A stretch of DNA of 49,386 bases from Spirochaetaceae bacterium (GTDB taxonomy: Bacteria; Spirochaetota; Spirochaetia; DSM-27196; SLAA01), in NCBI GenBank assembly GCA_003552185.1, contig PUOW01000362.1, positions 1 to 49,386 on the forward strand. The letters run 5' to 3'. This document shows positions 1 to 7,892 of this stretch, piece by piece. The number at the start of each line of letters is the position of its first letter. The stretch's first letter is position 1. The notes beneath the pieces were generated by a model that searched no databases, had not been told where the DNA came from, and saw only the letters and a program-made list of their open reading frames with translations. The position numbers were made by a program, and so were the translations under genes.

Positions 1-2
1 CG

Positions 3-971
3 ATGCTCGCCGAGTACAACATCGTGCTCGAGCCCGAGTACGCGATAACCCGCGACTGTGCCGGGAGCAAGATCTGGCTGGAGCACGGCAACCAGCACGA
101 TCATCACAACCGCGTTGAGCGTTTCGGCGACCCACATGCCAAGCCGCTGGGGTACTTCATCACCGAGCGACTGGTGAGCGCGGCCGGCGCGAAGTCTCGT
201 CTGGGCCGCAACGACTGGTTGCGCGACATCGAGTCGGTTAGCCCGAGCGAGAACGTTCCGAACTGGCTGCTCTCGAACTACTTCTACCGCGAGATGAATC
301 CGTTTCTTCGATGGCTGCTGCTGCCGTTTCTCCTTCTCACCGGGGTAAGCTTGATCGTGATGGTGGGGACGCAGCTCGAGGCGTTGAGCGTGATTCCTAC
401 GCGCTTTTTCGGGAACGGACTGATGTATCGCCCACCCTTGTTCGGGCTCGTGTTTCGCTACTTCGTGGTGGTCAATGTGACGGCGCTGTTCGTTGCGCTT
501 CTCGTCGCAATACCGGTCTCAATCCTGATTCGCGATTTCCGCCGCACGCTCGACCGCTACGAGCTGCGCTTCACCCGCAAGCAACTGAGGGCGAAGGCCG
601 CGGGGTATCTCGCCGCCGCGCGCGAGGTGTTCGGGCGGCACCCCGAGGTCGCGATGTTTGTGTACGGGCATACGCATCAAACCTCGCTTACCGAGGTGGA
701 GGGGCGTGTGGTAATAAACACCGGGACCTGGCTCAAGCGCCTGACGCGGATCGGCAGCCGTCTTACGTTGCTGCCCGACGTGTATTATCCGTCGTTCCGG
801 ATCGGATACTTTCATGTGTTCGAACAGGATGCGCGGATCGTGGTGGAGTATCACGGGATACCGAAGACCGCTCCCATGCACCTAACCCCGGTGGAGCGCT
901 TGATTGCGTTCGGCAAGAACAAAGCCGGCGCTCACGTCCCGAAACGCTTCGAGATTACGCCGCCGTCGTAA
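3..971 (+). CDS. metallophosphoesterase-family membrane protein, N-terminus cut by window edge
   Basis: ORF open at window start. Phosphoesterase motifs GNQHD and VYGHTHQ are separated by a hydrophobic multi-helix insert (LLLPFLLLTGVSLIVMVG, VVVNVTALFVALLVAIPVSILI). Confidence 0.6.
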   Translation: MLAEYNIVLEPEYAITRDCAGSKIWLEHGNQHDHHNRVERFGDPHAKPLGYFITERLVSAAGAKSRLGRNDWLRDIESVSPSENVPNWLLSNYFYREMNPFLRWLLLPFLLLTGVSLIVMVGTQLEALSVIPTRFFGNGLMYRPPLFGLVFRYFVVVNVTALFVALLVAIPVSILIRDFRRTLDRYELRFTRKQLRAKAAGYLAAAREVFGRHPEVAMFVYGHTHQTSLTEVEGRVVINTGTWLKRLTRIGSRLTLLPDVYYPSFRIGYFHVFEQDARIVVEYHGIPKTAPMHLTPVERLIAFGKNKAGAHVPKRFEITPPS

Positions 972-1744
972 CTCTCGCTCGCGGGCTCGATCTCCACCGC
1001 CAGCCCGTCGTGCGCGGGTTGAACCTCGGCCGGCAGCTCCTCTGAGAGCTGCTCGTGTTCAATGTCGTGACAGATGTGTGTGAGGTAGGTTTGTGCGGCT
1101 CCAAGTCTTTCAGCCTCGCGCATAGCCTCCTCCACCGAGAAATGGGTAGGATGGCGACGATAGCGAAGCGCTCCGAGCACAAGCAGCTCAACGCCGTCTA
1201 ACAGCGGATAACTCTCCGCGGGAATCGCCTTGCAGTCGGTGAGATATGCGAACTCACCGATTCTAAACCCGAGGATCGGGTCTTCACCGTGTAAGATCTG
1301 GACCGGAAGGATCTCGAGATCGTTGATCCGCAGCGACCTCCCCGGCGTGATGATCTCGGGCACCAGGCGCGGACGCCCGGGAGTCCATTTGCTGCTGTCT
1401 ACGATGTAGTCGAAGCGACGTTGAAGGTCATCTATCGTGGCGCGGTCGCCGTACCCGTGTACCGGCCTGCTGCAGCAATACGGCCGCAGATCGTCGAGGC
1501 CATGGGTGTGGTCGGCATGGGCGTGCGTGAAAAGCACCGCGTCTATCGAGGTGATCTCTTCGCGTAAGGCCTGCTCGCGAAAGTCGGGCCCGGCGTCTAC
1601 CAGCACGGTAGTCTCGCCGCTTTCTATAAGGATGCTGGTTCGTGTTCGACGATTCCGAGGGTTCGCCGAGCGGCAGACATCGCAGGAGCAGGTAACAACC
1701 GGAACGCCGTTTGAGGTGCCGGTACCAAGAAAGGTGATCCGCAT
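932..1744 (-). CDS. MBL-fold metallo-hydrolase (PhnP-like cyclic phosphodiesterase family)
   Basis: Start moved to ATG 1744 (MRITFLGTGTSNGVP). HAHADH metal motif and an N-terminal CxCxxC. 40-nt convergent overlap with the preceding ORF. Confidence 0.7.
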   Translation of the reverse strand: MRITFLGTGTSNGVPVVTCSCDVCRSANPRNRRTRTSILIESGETTVLVDAGPDFREQALREEITSIDAVLFTHAHADHTHGLDDLRPYCCSRPVHGYGDRATIDDLQRRFDYIVDSSKWTPGRPRLVPEIITPGRSLRINDLEILPVQILHGEDPILGFRIGEFAYLTDCKAIPAESYPLLDGVELLVLGALRYRRHPTHFSVEEAMREAERLGAAQTYLTHICHDIEHEQLSEELPAEVQPAHDGLAVEIEPASESYDGGVISKRFGT

Positions 1745-1755
1745 AACGTTGTGAG

Positions 1756-1764
1756 ATCTTAGCA
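1756..1764 (-). promoter_or_regulatory. extended -10 element TGcTAAGAT, 11 nt upstream of the MBL-hydrolase ATG
   Basis: Read on the minus strand. There is no SD between the box and ATG 1744. Confidence 0.35.
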
Positions 1765-1809
1765 TACCTCTGCGCCCGAGCACCAGAGAGCCGGCGACCG
1801 CCCGCGGCA

Positions 1810-1839
1810 TTGGCCGAGCCCCGCCGGCCGTGCTACGCT
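1810..1839 (+). promoter_or_regulatory. putative promoter TTGGCC-18-TACGCT, 8 nt upstream of the SDR ATG
   Basis: Hexamers at 1810-1815 and 1834-1839. No SD before ATG 1848. Confidence 0.3.
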
Positions 1840-1847
1840 AACGCGCC

Positions 1848-2609
1848 ATGAAACGTATCGCAATCGTAACCGGCGCCTCGGCCGGTCTGGGAACCGAGTT
1901 CGTTGTGCAAATAGATCGGCGCATGGAGTTGGACGAAATTTGGCTTGTCGCGCGCCGCGCCGACCGCTTGGAGGCGCTCGCCGAACGGTTAACGCGTGCG
2001 CGCGGCGTAGCGGTGCAAGCCGACCTCGGCGTGAGCGAAGGCGTGGAGGTGTTGCGCGAGCGGCTGGCCGCTGAGCAGCCGGATCTCGCGTTGCTCGTCA
2101 ATAACGCGGGCTTCGGCCGTTACGGACGCTTCGAAGAGGTGGAGCGCGAGCCGCAGCTCGAGATGATCGATCTCAACTGCCGCGCGCTCACCGCAATCAC
2201 CTACGACGCCCTGCCGTACATCCGCCCCGGAGGAGCCGTCATTCAGGTTGCGTCGCTTGCCGGGTACGTGCCGATCGCGAACCACGCGGTGTACGCCGCC
2301 ACCAAGGCCTACGCTTTGAGCTTCGGCGTGGCGTTGGCCGGCGAGCTCGAGGAGCGCTCGGTGCGCGTACTGACGCTGTGCCCGGGGCCGGTTGCAACCG
2401 AGTTTGCCTCGGTGGCTTCGGGAGGAACGCGCAAAAAGATGCGCGGGGCGGAATCGGCCGAGCGTGTCGTGCGGGTGGCGCTCGACGACCTCGAGCGTCG
2501 GCGATGGATATCGCTAACGACGCTCAACTGGAAGCTCACCGCCGCAGCTTCTCGCATCCTCACGCGCAGGTTTCTTGCGCGCTATACCAACCGCACGCGT
2601 CGAGAGTAA
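1848..2609 (+). CDS. SDR-family short-chain oxidoreductase
   Basis: N-terminal TGASAGLG Rossmann motif and a YAATK (YxxxK) catalytic motif. Length is typical (253 aa). Confidence 0.85.
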   Translation: MKRIAIVTGASAGLGTEFVVQIDRRMELDEIWLVARRADRLEALAERLTRARGVAVQADLGVSEGVEVLRERLAAEQPDLALLVNNAGFGRYGRFEEVEREPQLEMIDLNCRALTAITYDALPYIRPGGAVIQVASLAGYVPIANHAVYAATKAYALSFGVALAGELEERSVRVLTLCPGPVATEFASVASGGTRKKMRGAESAERVVRVALDDLERRRWISLTTLNWKLTAAASRILTRRFLARYTNRTRRE

Positions 2610-2637
2610 GGCGTCCGGCGTCCGGCGTCCGGCGTCG
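2610..2637. repeat. heptamer tandem repeat GGCGTCC x3 plus partial copy
   Basis: Starts 1 nt after the SDR stop codon. Confidence 0.8.
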
Positions 2638-2668
2638 AAACCGGATAGGCTCACACCGGGCGGAGGGC

Positions 2669-3154
2669 CTATACCGGGTAGCGCTCGGAAGGCAGTACGC
2701 AGTTCACCCATTCGGGCTGCAGCTCCGCCCCGAACGACTTATAGAACTCTATCGCGTCGGTGTTCCAGTCGAGCACCTGCCAGATCACGAGCCTCGACTC
2801 GGTCTCCTGCGCGTAGCGTACCGTGCGCTCGAGAAGGCCTTTGCCGATCCCTTCACCACGACGCTCGGCGGTGACGATAAGATCCTCGAGGTAGAGGCAG
2901 CGCCCTTTCCAGGTTGAGTATCTGAAGTAGGTAAGCGAGATGCCGACGATTTCGTCTTGTTCGGTATCCTCGGCCACGAAGCAGTCGAACAACGGGGCAT
3001 CTCCGAACCCGTCTTTTCGAAGCTGATCCGGGGTGTTCTCGAGTCGGTCGAGCGCGCGCTCGTACTCGGCGAGTTCGCGAATGAGACGGTAGATCGCCGG
3101 TACATCGGCCTCGGTTGCGGCGCGGATACGCCATCGTTGTTGGGTGTCGCTCAT
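2669..3154 (-). CDS. GNAT N-acetyltransferase, diamine/spermidine N-acetyltransferase-like
   Basis: RRGEGIGKGLL acetyl-CoA loop. Overall resemblance to SSAT-type enzymes (IRELAEYE, TWKGRCLYLEDL). SD-like AAAGGAA upstream. Confidence 0.7.
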   Translation of the reverse strand: MSDTQQRWRIRAATEADVPAIYRLIRELAEYERALDRLENTPDQLRKDGFGDAPLFDCFVAEDTEQDEIVGISLTYFRYSTWKGRCLYLEDLIVTAERRGEGIGKGLLERTVRYAQETESRLVIWQVLDWNTDAIEFYKSFGAELQPEWVNCVLPSERYPV

Positions 3155-3221
3155 CTGATGCTGTTCCTTTTGATGCCGGCCCTGTGCCGTGGTTTCGGTG
3201 TTGCGTAGCGACGCGTGCCGC

Positions 3222-4421
3222 TTAGGGATGCGGAAGCGCGATTGGGTAGATCCGAATTGCGTGTTCGCGAGCGGCCTCGAACACCATCTCGCCGGTTACC
3301 CTGCCGCGCGGCAACGGATGCGGCGGCGCATCGCCGATCAGTATAATCGCTCGCTCGGGTGCTTGCCAATCCAGCGAGGTGATCGCGGCGTATAGCCCCT
3401 CGAACACCGCTTCCGGAATGTCGCCGCCGCCTGCCGCGCGCGCGGAATTAACGGTGCGCTGTACGATCTGCAGGTCTTCCTGAAACTCGAAGTTCCGCGT
3501 GAGGTACTCCTCGAAGTAGTCGCGGAACAGCACAACTCCGACGCGCACTCGCTCGAGGCGCTCGAGGTGTTCTATGATCGTCGGAACGATGTTCTCGCGC
3601 ACCGCTCGAATGCTTTCTCGCATGCTGCCGGTTGTGTCTATCACAAGCGCTACATCGAGGTCAGGGCCGTCGTACGCGCCGATGATCCGGTCGATGTACT
3701 CCGGAAGATCGTCGGGTTCGGCAGCGAACGCCGTCTCGCCCTCGGTTTCTTCCGCTAACTCGCTGAACGCGGTCACAACCGCCGGCAGGTGTTCCTCGGA
3801 AGGCGGCGTATCCTCTTGCGGCAGCGGTTGCGAGACTCGCAACACAAACGGGTTGTCGAGGAACGCGCCTCGATAGTCGGCGTGCGGAAGCTCGAAGGTG
3901 CGGATATTGAGATAGGTGCCGTCCAGTACACTGAGCTCGCCCTCGCGCCCCCAGGGGTAGCCCCATTCCACGACGTACGGGATAAACACCTCAAACACCT
4001 CCCCGAGTTCGTCGTCTATTCGGGGTGTGGAGTCCACCAGGAAGTAGAGCGGAGGGTCGCGGTCCAGGAACTCGCCGTCGAGAATACGGCGTTCGTCTCC
4101 GTTCATCGGATGGTACTCGGGATTGCGCAGCGCGTAGCTCGGCACCTCGCGGTCGGGGTCCTCGGTCGATTCTGTGATCAGAACCGAGCCGATCTCGGGG
4201 CGCTTGCGGACCGTGAGAATATATCCACCGTCTCGTGTCTGTTCAATCGAAACGTCGTCCGGCGATAACCTCAGCGGCGACTCGGCTTGCGTATAGACTG
4301 CCGGCACGACGGTGAATAGAAGAATCGCAGCGAGCATCGAGCGCGTTACGGCGGTCCAAATCGAGACGACGACGCCGTGGGCGCGTCGCAGAATATCACG
4401 TCTCCCGTCCATACAGACCAT
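3222..4421 (-). CDS. secreted acidic protein with C-terminal von Willebrand factor A domain
   Basis: Hydrophobic signal-like segment (MLAAILLFTVVPAVYTQA). MIDAS-type DVALVIDTTGSM near residue 255. The roughly 230-aa N-terminal domain is unrecognised. Confidence 0.7.
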   Translation of the reverse strand: MVCMDGRRDILRRAHGVVVSIWTAVTRSMLAAILLFTVVPAVYTQAESPLRLSPDDVSIEQTRDGGYILTVRKRPEIGSVLITESTEDPDREVPSYALRNPEYHPMNGDERRILDGEFLDRDPPLYFLVDSTPRIDDELGEVFEVFIPYVVEWGYPWGREGELSVLDGTYLNIRTFELPHADYRGAFLDNPFVLRVSQPLPQEDTPPSEEHLPAVVTAFSELAEETEGETAFAAEPDDLPEYIDRIIGAYDGPDLDVALVIDTTGSMRESIRAVRENIVPTIIEHLERLERVRVGVVLFRDYFEEYLTRNFEFQEDLQIVQRTVNSARAAGGGDIPEAVFEGLYAAITSLDWQAPERAIILIGDAPPHPLPRGRVTGEMVFEAAREHAIRIYPIALPHP

Positions 4422-4470
4422 ATCGGCAGGTTTCGCGGTTTTCGGAAGCCCCGCGGACCCCGCCGCGAGC

Positions 4471-4490
4471 CAGTGCGGGCCAGTGCGGGC
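4471..4490. repeat. tandem decamer CAGTGCGGGC x2
   Basis: Exact copies at 4471-4480 and 4481-4490, in the divergent vWA/apbE spacer. Confidence 0.8.
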
Positions 4491-4580
4491 TCACCCGGCG
4501 CCCGGCGTCCGGATCCCGCCGCGAGCCGATCGCGGCCCGAGCCCGTCCGGGGCTCGGCGCCTTCCGGTTGCGAGGCGTCG

Positions 4581-4610
4581 TTGATTTGCCGGTGAGGCGC
4601 GTGATATAAG
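4581..4610 (+). promoter_or_regulatory. putative promoter TTGATT-18-(TGa)TATAAG, 7 nt upstream of the apbE ATG
   Basis: Hexamers at 4581-4586 and 4605-4610, TG at 4602-4603. No SD before ATG 4618. Confidence 0.45.
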
Positions 4611-4617
4611 GCAGACC

Positions 4618-5673
4618 ATGAAGCAATCAGTTCGAACCATGGTTGTTGCCGGCGCAGCGGCGCTACTGGCGGCTGTAACTGTTGCGGGCTGTCGCGACGC
4701 CGGCTCGGCGTCGCCGGTATCGCGAACACAGCTGCTGCTCGGCACCAACTCAACCATAATTGTGCACGGGGGAGACCCGGGTGATGCGGTCTTCGACGCG
4801 GCGTTCGGCCGGGTGCGCGAGATACAAGACAAGATGTCGCTGCAGTACGAAGACAGCGAGCTGAACGAAATCAATCGTGCCGCCGGACGCGAGCCGGTTG
4901 AGGTCTCGGAAGAAACCTTCATGGTGATCGAGACCGCGCTCGAGTACGCCGAGCTGAGTCACGGCACTTTTAATGTCGCGCTTGGGCCAATTATTCGGGC
5001 CTGGGGTATCGCCGGCGACAACCCGCGGCGTCCGCCCGATGAGGAGCTGCTCGAGCTACTCGAGCTCACCGATTATCGCGATGTCGAGCTCAATCGCGAC
5101 GAGCGAACGGTATTTCTCCGGCGGGAAGGCATGGTGCTCGATCTCGGCGGTATCGCGAAAGGTTATGCGGCCGATGAGGCCGCGCGCGTGCTCGAGGAGC
5201 AGGGCGTTGAGTACGCCTTGGTAGATTTCGGCGGCGATATCAGAGCCGTCGGGAACCGGCGTCCCGACGGTGAGCGCTGGAGAATCGGAATCCAGGACCC
5301 GTCCGACACCTCACGCGGCGCGTTCGTCGGGGTGCTGGGCCTTGAGCAACCTTCGGTCGTAACCTCGGGCGATTACGAGCGATTCCTCGAGCTCGACGAT
5401 GAAGTCTTTCACCACATCATCGACCCCGAAACCGGCAAGCCGGCGGTGTCGGGACTGCGCAGCGTCACGGTCGAGACCGACAACACCATGAAGGCCGACA
5501 TTCACTCCACCGCGGTGTTTGTGTTGGGGCTGGAACGCGGACTTGAGTATCTCGAGCAGCTCAACGGTGTTGAGGCGATTCTCGTTACCGGCGACGACGA
5601 GGTCTATCTCACCGCCGGTTTGCAAGACACCTTCGAGCTGCGTGGCGACGGCCGCTATACGCTCATGCAGTAA
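4618..5673 (+). CDS. apbE: FAD:protein FMN transferase (ApbE family lipoprotein)
   Basis: Lipobox VAGC after a signal peptide. ApbE motifs LDLGGIAKGYA, SGDYERF and HHIIDPETG. Confidence 0.85.
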   Translation: MKQSVRTMVVAGAAALLAAVTVAGCRDAGSASPVSRTQLLLGTNSTIIVHGGDPGDAVFDAAFGRVREIQDKMSLQYEDSELNEINRAAGREPVEVSEETFMVIETALEYAELSHGTFNVALGPIIRAWGIAGDNPRRPPDEELLELLELTDYRDVELNRDERTVFLRREGMVLDLGGIAKGYAADEAARVLEEQGVEYALVDFGGDIRAVGNRRPDGERWRIGIQDPSDTSRGAFVGVLGLEQPSVVTSGDYERFLELDDEVFHHIIDPETGKPAVSGLRSVTVETDNTMKADIHSTAVFVLGLERGLEYLEQLNGVEAILVTGDDEVYLTAGLQDTFELRGDGRYTLMQ

Positions 5674-5711
5674 AAAAACGCCCCGCCGAAGCCTGAGCTC
5701 CGGGCGGGGCG
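5672..5711 (-). terminator. intrinsic terminator for the SNF transporter gene (possibly bidirectional with apbE)
   Basis: 9-bp GC stem CGCCCCGCC/GGCGGGGCG (5679-5687 / 5703-5711), followed on the minus strand by T7 (A7 at 5672-5678). Confidence 0.6.
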
Positions 5712-5757
5712 GGAGTGTATTTCACATGCTGCGTCGCGGCTGAGATGCCGGCGAGTG

Positions 5758-7107
5758 TTAGCCGGTCACTACGCCATAGATTCCAAACAGCATCACGATC
5801 AGAACCCCGGCCGGAATCACGTACTTGAGAAACGGCGCGATCCAGTTGCCGATCCTGAGGTTACCCGCTCCTTCGTTGGCCTCGTCCGAGACGTTCTTTA
5901 TGCCCCAGACATGGCCTGCAAAGAACGCGGTGAGCGCGCCTCCAAACGGCAGCATCACGCTGTCGGCGATGAAGTCGTAGGTGTCGAGCAGGTCGCCCGC
6001 GAAGGTGCCGGCTTCCGCCCAGACGCTGTAGCCGAGAATCGGGGGGATACCCACCACAAAAATCACGGCACCGAGTACCAATGCGGCCTGTTTGCGGGGC
6101 CAACCCTTCTCGTCGACGAAGTATGCTACAACCACCTCGAGTAGCGAGATCGCGGAGGTGAGCGCAGCGATCGACAGCAGCACGAAGAACAGGAACCCGA
6201 ACAAGGTACCGGCCGGCATCTCGGCGAACACCGCCGGGAGCGTAACGAATACCAGACCGGGGCCCGCTCCGGGCTCGAACCCTAGCGCAAACACCGCCGG
6301 AAAGATCGCGATACCGGCGAGAACCGCGATCGCGGTGTCGGCGCCGATGATCTGTACCGCGCTGTTCGGTACCTCGTCTTTCTTCGAGAGGTAGCTCCCG
6401 TAGGTGATGATGGCGCCCATCCCGAGGCTCAGGGTGAAGAAGGCCTGGCCGATCGCGGCGAGAAACGTCTGCGGGGTTACCGCACTAAAGTCCGGCGCAA
6501 ACATGAACGCGAGGCCTTCGCCGGCGCCCGGCAGCGTTACCGCTCGAAACACCACCAGCAACAGCAAGATCGCGAGCAGCGGCATCAGGATCTTCACGAC
6601 CCGCTGTATGCCTTTCACGACGCCTGCGGCGATAATGCCGGCGGTGAGAACCATGAACACGAAGTGATACCCGATCGGTCCTCCGAGGCCGGTGATGTGC
6701 TCGCCGAACATAGCGTCGGCGGCGTCAATACCTTCCGGGAAGCCCGCGGCGGCCTTGAAGATGTACGACAGCGACCAGCCGGCGATTACCGAGTAGTAGC
6801 TGAGGATCACGAAGCCGGTTAACACTCCGAGCCCACCGATGAGCCACCACGGGGTGTTCGGCGCCAGAGCCTTAAACGCACCCACCGGGTTTCTAAGCGT
6901 GTTTCTCCCCATCGATATCTCTGTGACCATCATCGGGTAGCCGATAAACACGATACAGACGATATAGATGATGAGAAACGCGGCACCACCCTCGACTCCG
7001 GTTACATACGGAAATCTCCATATGTTCCCGAGCCCAACCGCCGATCCGGCTGCTGCGAGCACGAATCCTAACCTTGTGCCCCATTGTTCACGAGGTTCGT
7101 TAGCCAT
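5758..7107 (-). CDS. sodium-dependent transporter, SNF (neurotransmitter:sodium symporter) family
   Basis: GLGNIWRFPY signature and a polytopic hydrophobic profile. Strong SD GAAGGAGGG upstream. Paralog of 10402-11742. Confidence 0.9.
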   Translation of the reverse strand: MANEPREQWGTRLGFVLAAAGSAVGLGNIWRFPYVTGVEGGAAFLIIYIVCIVFIGYPMMVTEISMGRNTLRNPVGAFKALAPNTPWWLIGGLGVLTGFVILSYYSVIAGWSLSYIFKAAAGFPEGIDAADAMFGEHITGLGGPIGYHFVFMVLTAGIIAAGVVKGIQRVVKILMPLLAILLLLVVFRAVTLPGAGEGLAFMFAPDFSAVTPQTFLAAIGQAFFTLSLGMGAIITYGSYLSKKDEVPNSAVQIIGADTAIAVLAGIAIFPAVFALGFEPGAGPGLVFVTLPAVFAEMPAGTLFGFLFFVLLSIAALTSAISLLEVVVAYFVDEKGWPRKQAALVLGAVIFVVGIPPILGYSVWAEAGTFAGDLLDTYDFIADSVMLPFGGALTAFFAGHVWGIKNVSDEANEGAGNLRIGNWIAPFLKYVIPAGVLIVMLFGIYGVVTG

Positions 7108-7256
7108 TTAGCCCTCCTTCAAGAGATTGAACAGTATTTGCGTGCCACGAGCCTATCGTACGGGGCGGGGGAGTTGTCAACCGCGTATTGCAGATGTTTG
7201 CAGATCTTTGCGGAATCGTCACATTAGTGAGAAGTGTTGTAGCTGAGAGGTGCGGG

Positions 7257-7562
7257 CTAATCCGGCGGAGCGTCGCCAGGTTTCACGAACGGCTTGATCT
7301 TTTCGCCGTCCGATCTGCGCTGCACGGCTGTTTCAGACAACTCTTCGATCAAGGTGACCGACTGAAACGGGATCATGATCTGCTCGGCGTCGCCGAAGGC
7401 GTGCCGCAACTCCTCTTCGCTCGGGTCTATGATGATTCGTTGCCCTTCGGAGAACACCAGGCCTTTCATCGAGACGAAATACGGATGCGTCATGTCGAGA
7501 CTGCGAGCCTTGATCGAGACGTCCTTGTTCTTCCATTTGAAATGAAGACGGTATAATGACAC
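7257..7562 (-). CDS. small conserved protein resembling DUF1820
   Basis: 101 aa with a GTG start. The pattern YRLHF...IIIDPSEEELRHAFGDAEQIMIPFQSVTLIEEL resembles DUF1820 proteins as I recall them. Confidence 0.5.
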   Translation of the reverse strand: MSLYRLHFKWKNKDVSIKARSLDMTHPYFVSMKGLVFSEGQRIIIDPSEEELRHAFGDAEQIMIPFQSVTLIEELSETAVQRRSDGEKIKPFVKPGDAPPD

Positions 7563-7661
7563 GCGAACATACTAACCGATCGAGGCTGCGCTCGACAATC
7601 GGGCACGTTGCCGGAGTGCCGGGGTGCCGGGGTGTTTCCGAGACTTGCGCGGGATTTGCCG

Positions 7662-7892
7662 ATGCGGCTACACTACTGCTCAATGAGTTTCGGCTGCAAA
7701 TACAACAGCGCCGAGGGCTACTGCCGCCGCCTCGACGCCGAATGCAAGCCCGGCGTGCCGGGCTGCGTACTGTACGGTCGGTTCACGTTCTCGGACGACG
7801 ATCGTGTCGCGGGGCCGGTTTCGGCGCAAGAGCGTTCGCGACCCGGCGCAGAGTCAGATGCCGGCACCTCGGAGCGCAGTGAGCGCCGATGA
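7662..7892 (+). CDS. small Cys-rich protein (76 aa), function unknown
   Basis: ATG at 7662. Five Cys in 35 residues (C-x6-C-x8-C-x6-C-x6-C). The stop overlaps the downstream ATG as ATGA (7889-7892). Confidence 0.4.
   Translation: MRLHYCSMSFGCKYNSAEGYCRRLDAECKPGVPGCVLYGRFTFSDDDRVAGPVSAQERSRPGAESDAGTSERSERR

Noticed and set aside
4628-4640. tRNA T-arm-like string (GTTCGAACC)
   Set aside because: It lies inside the apbE signal-peptide coding region, with no flanking acceptor, D or anticodon arms. I saw no other tRNA-like cloverleaf in the spacers.
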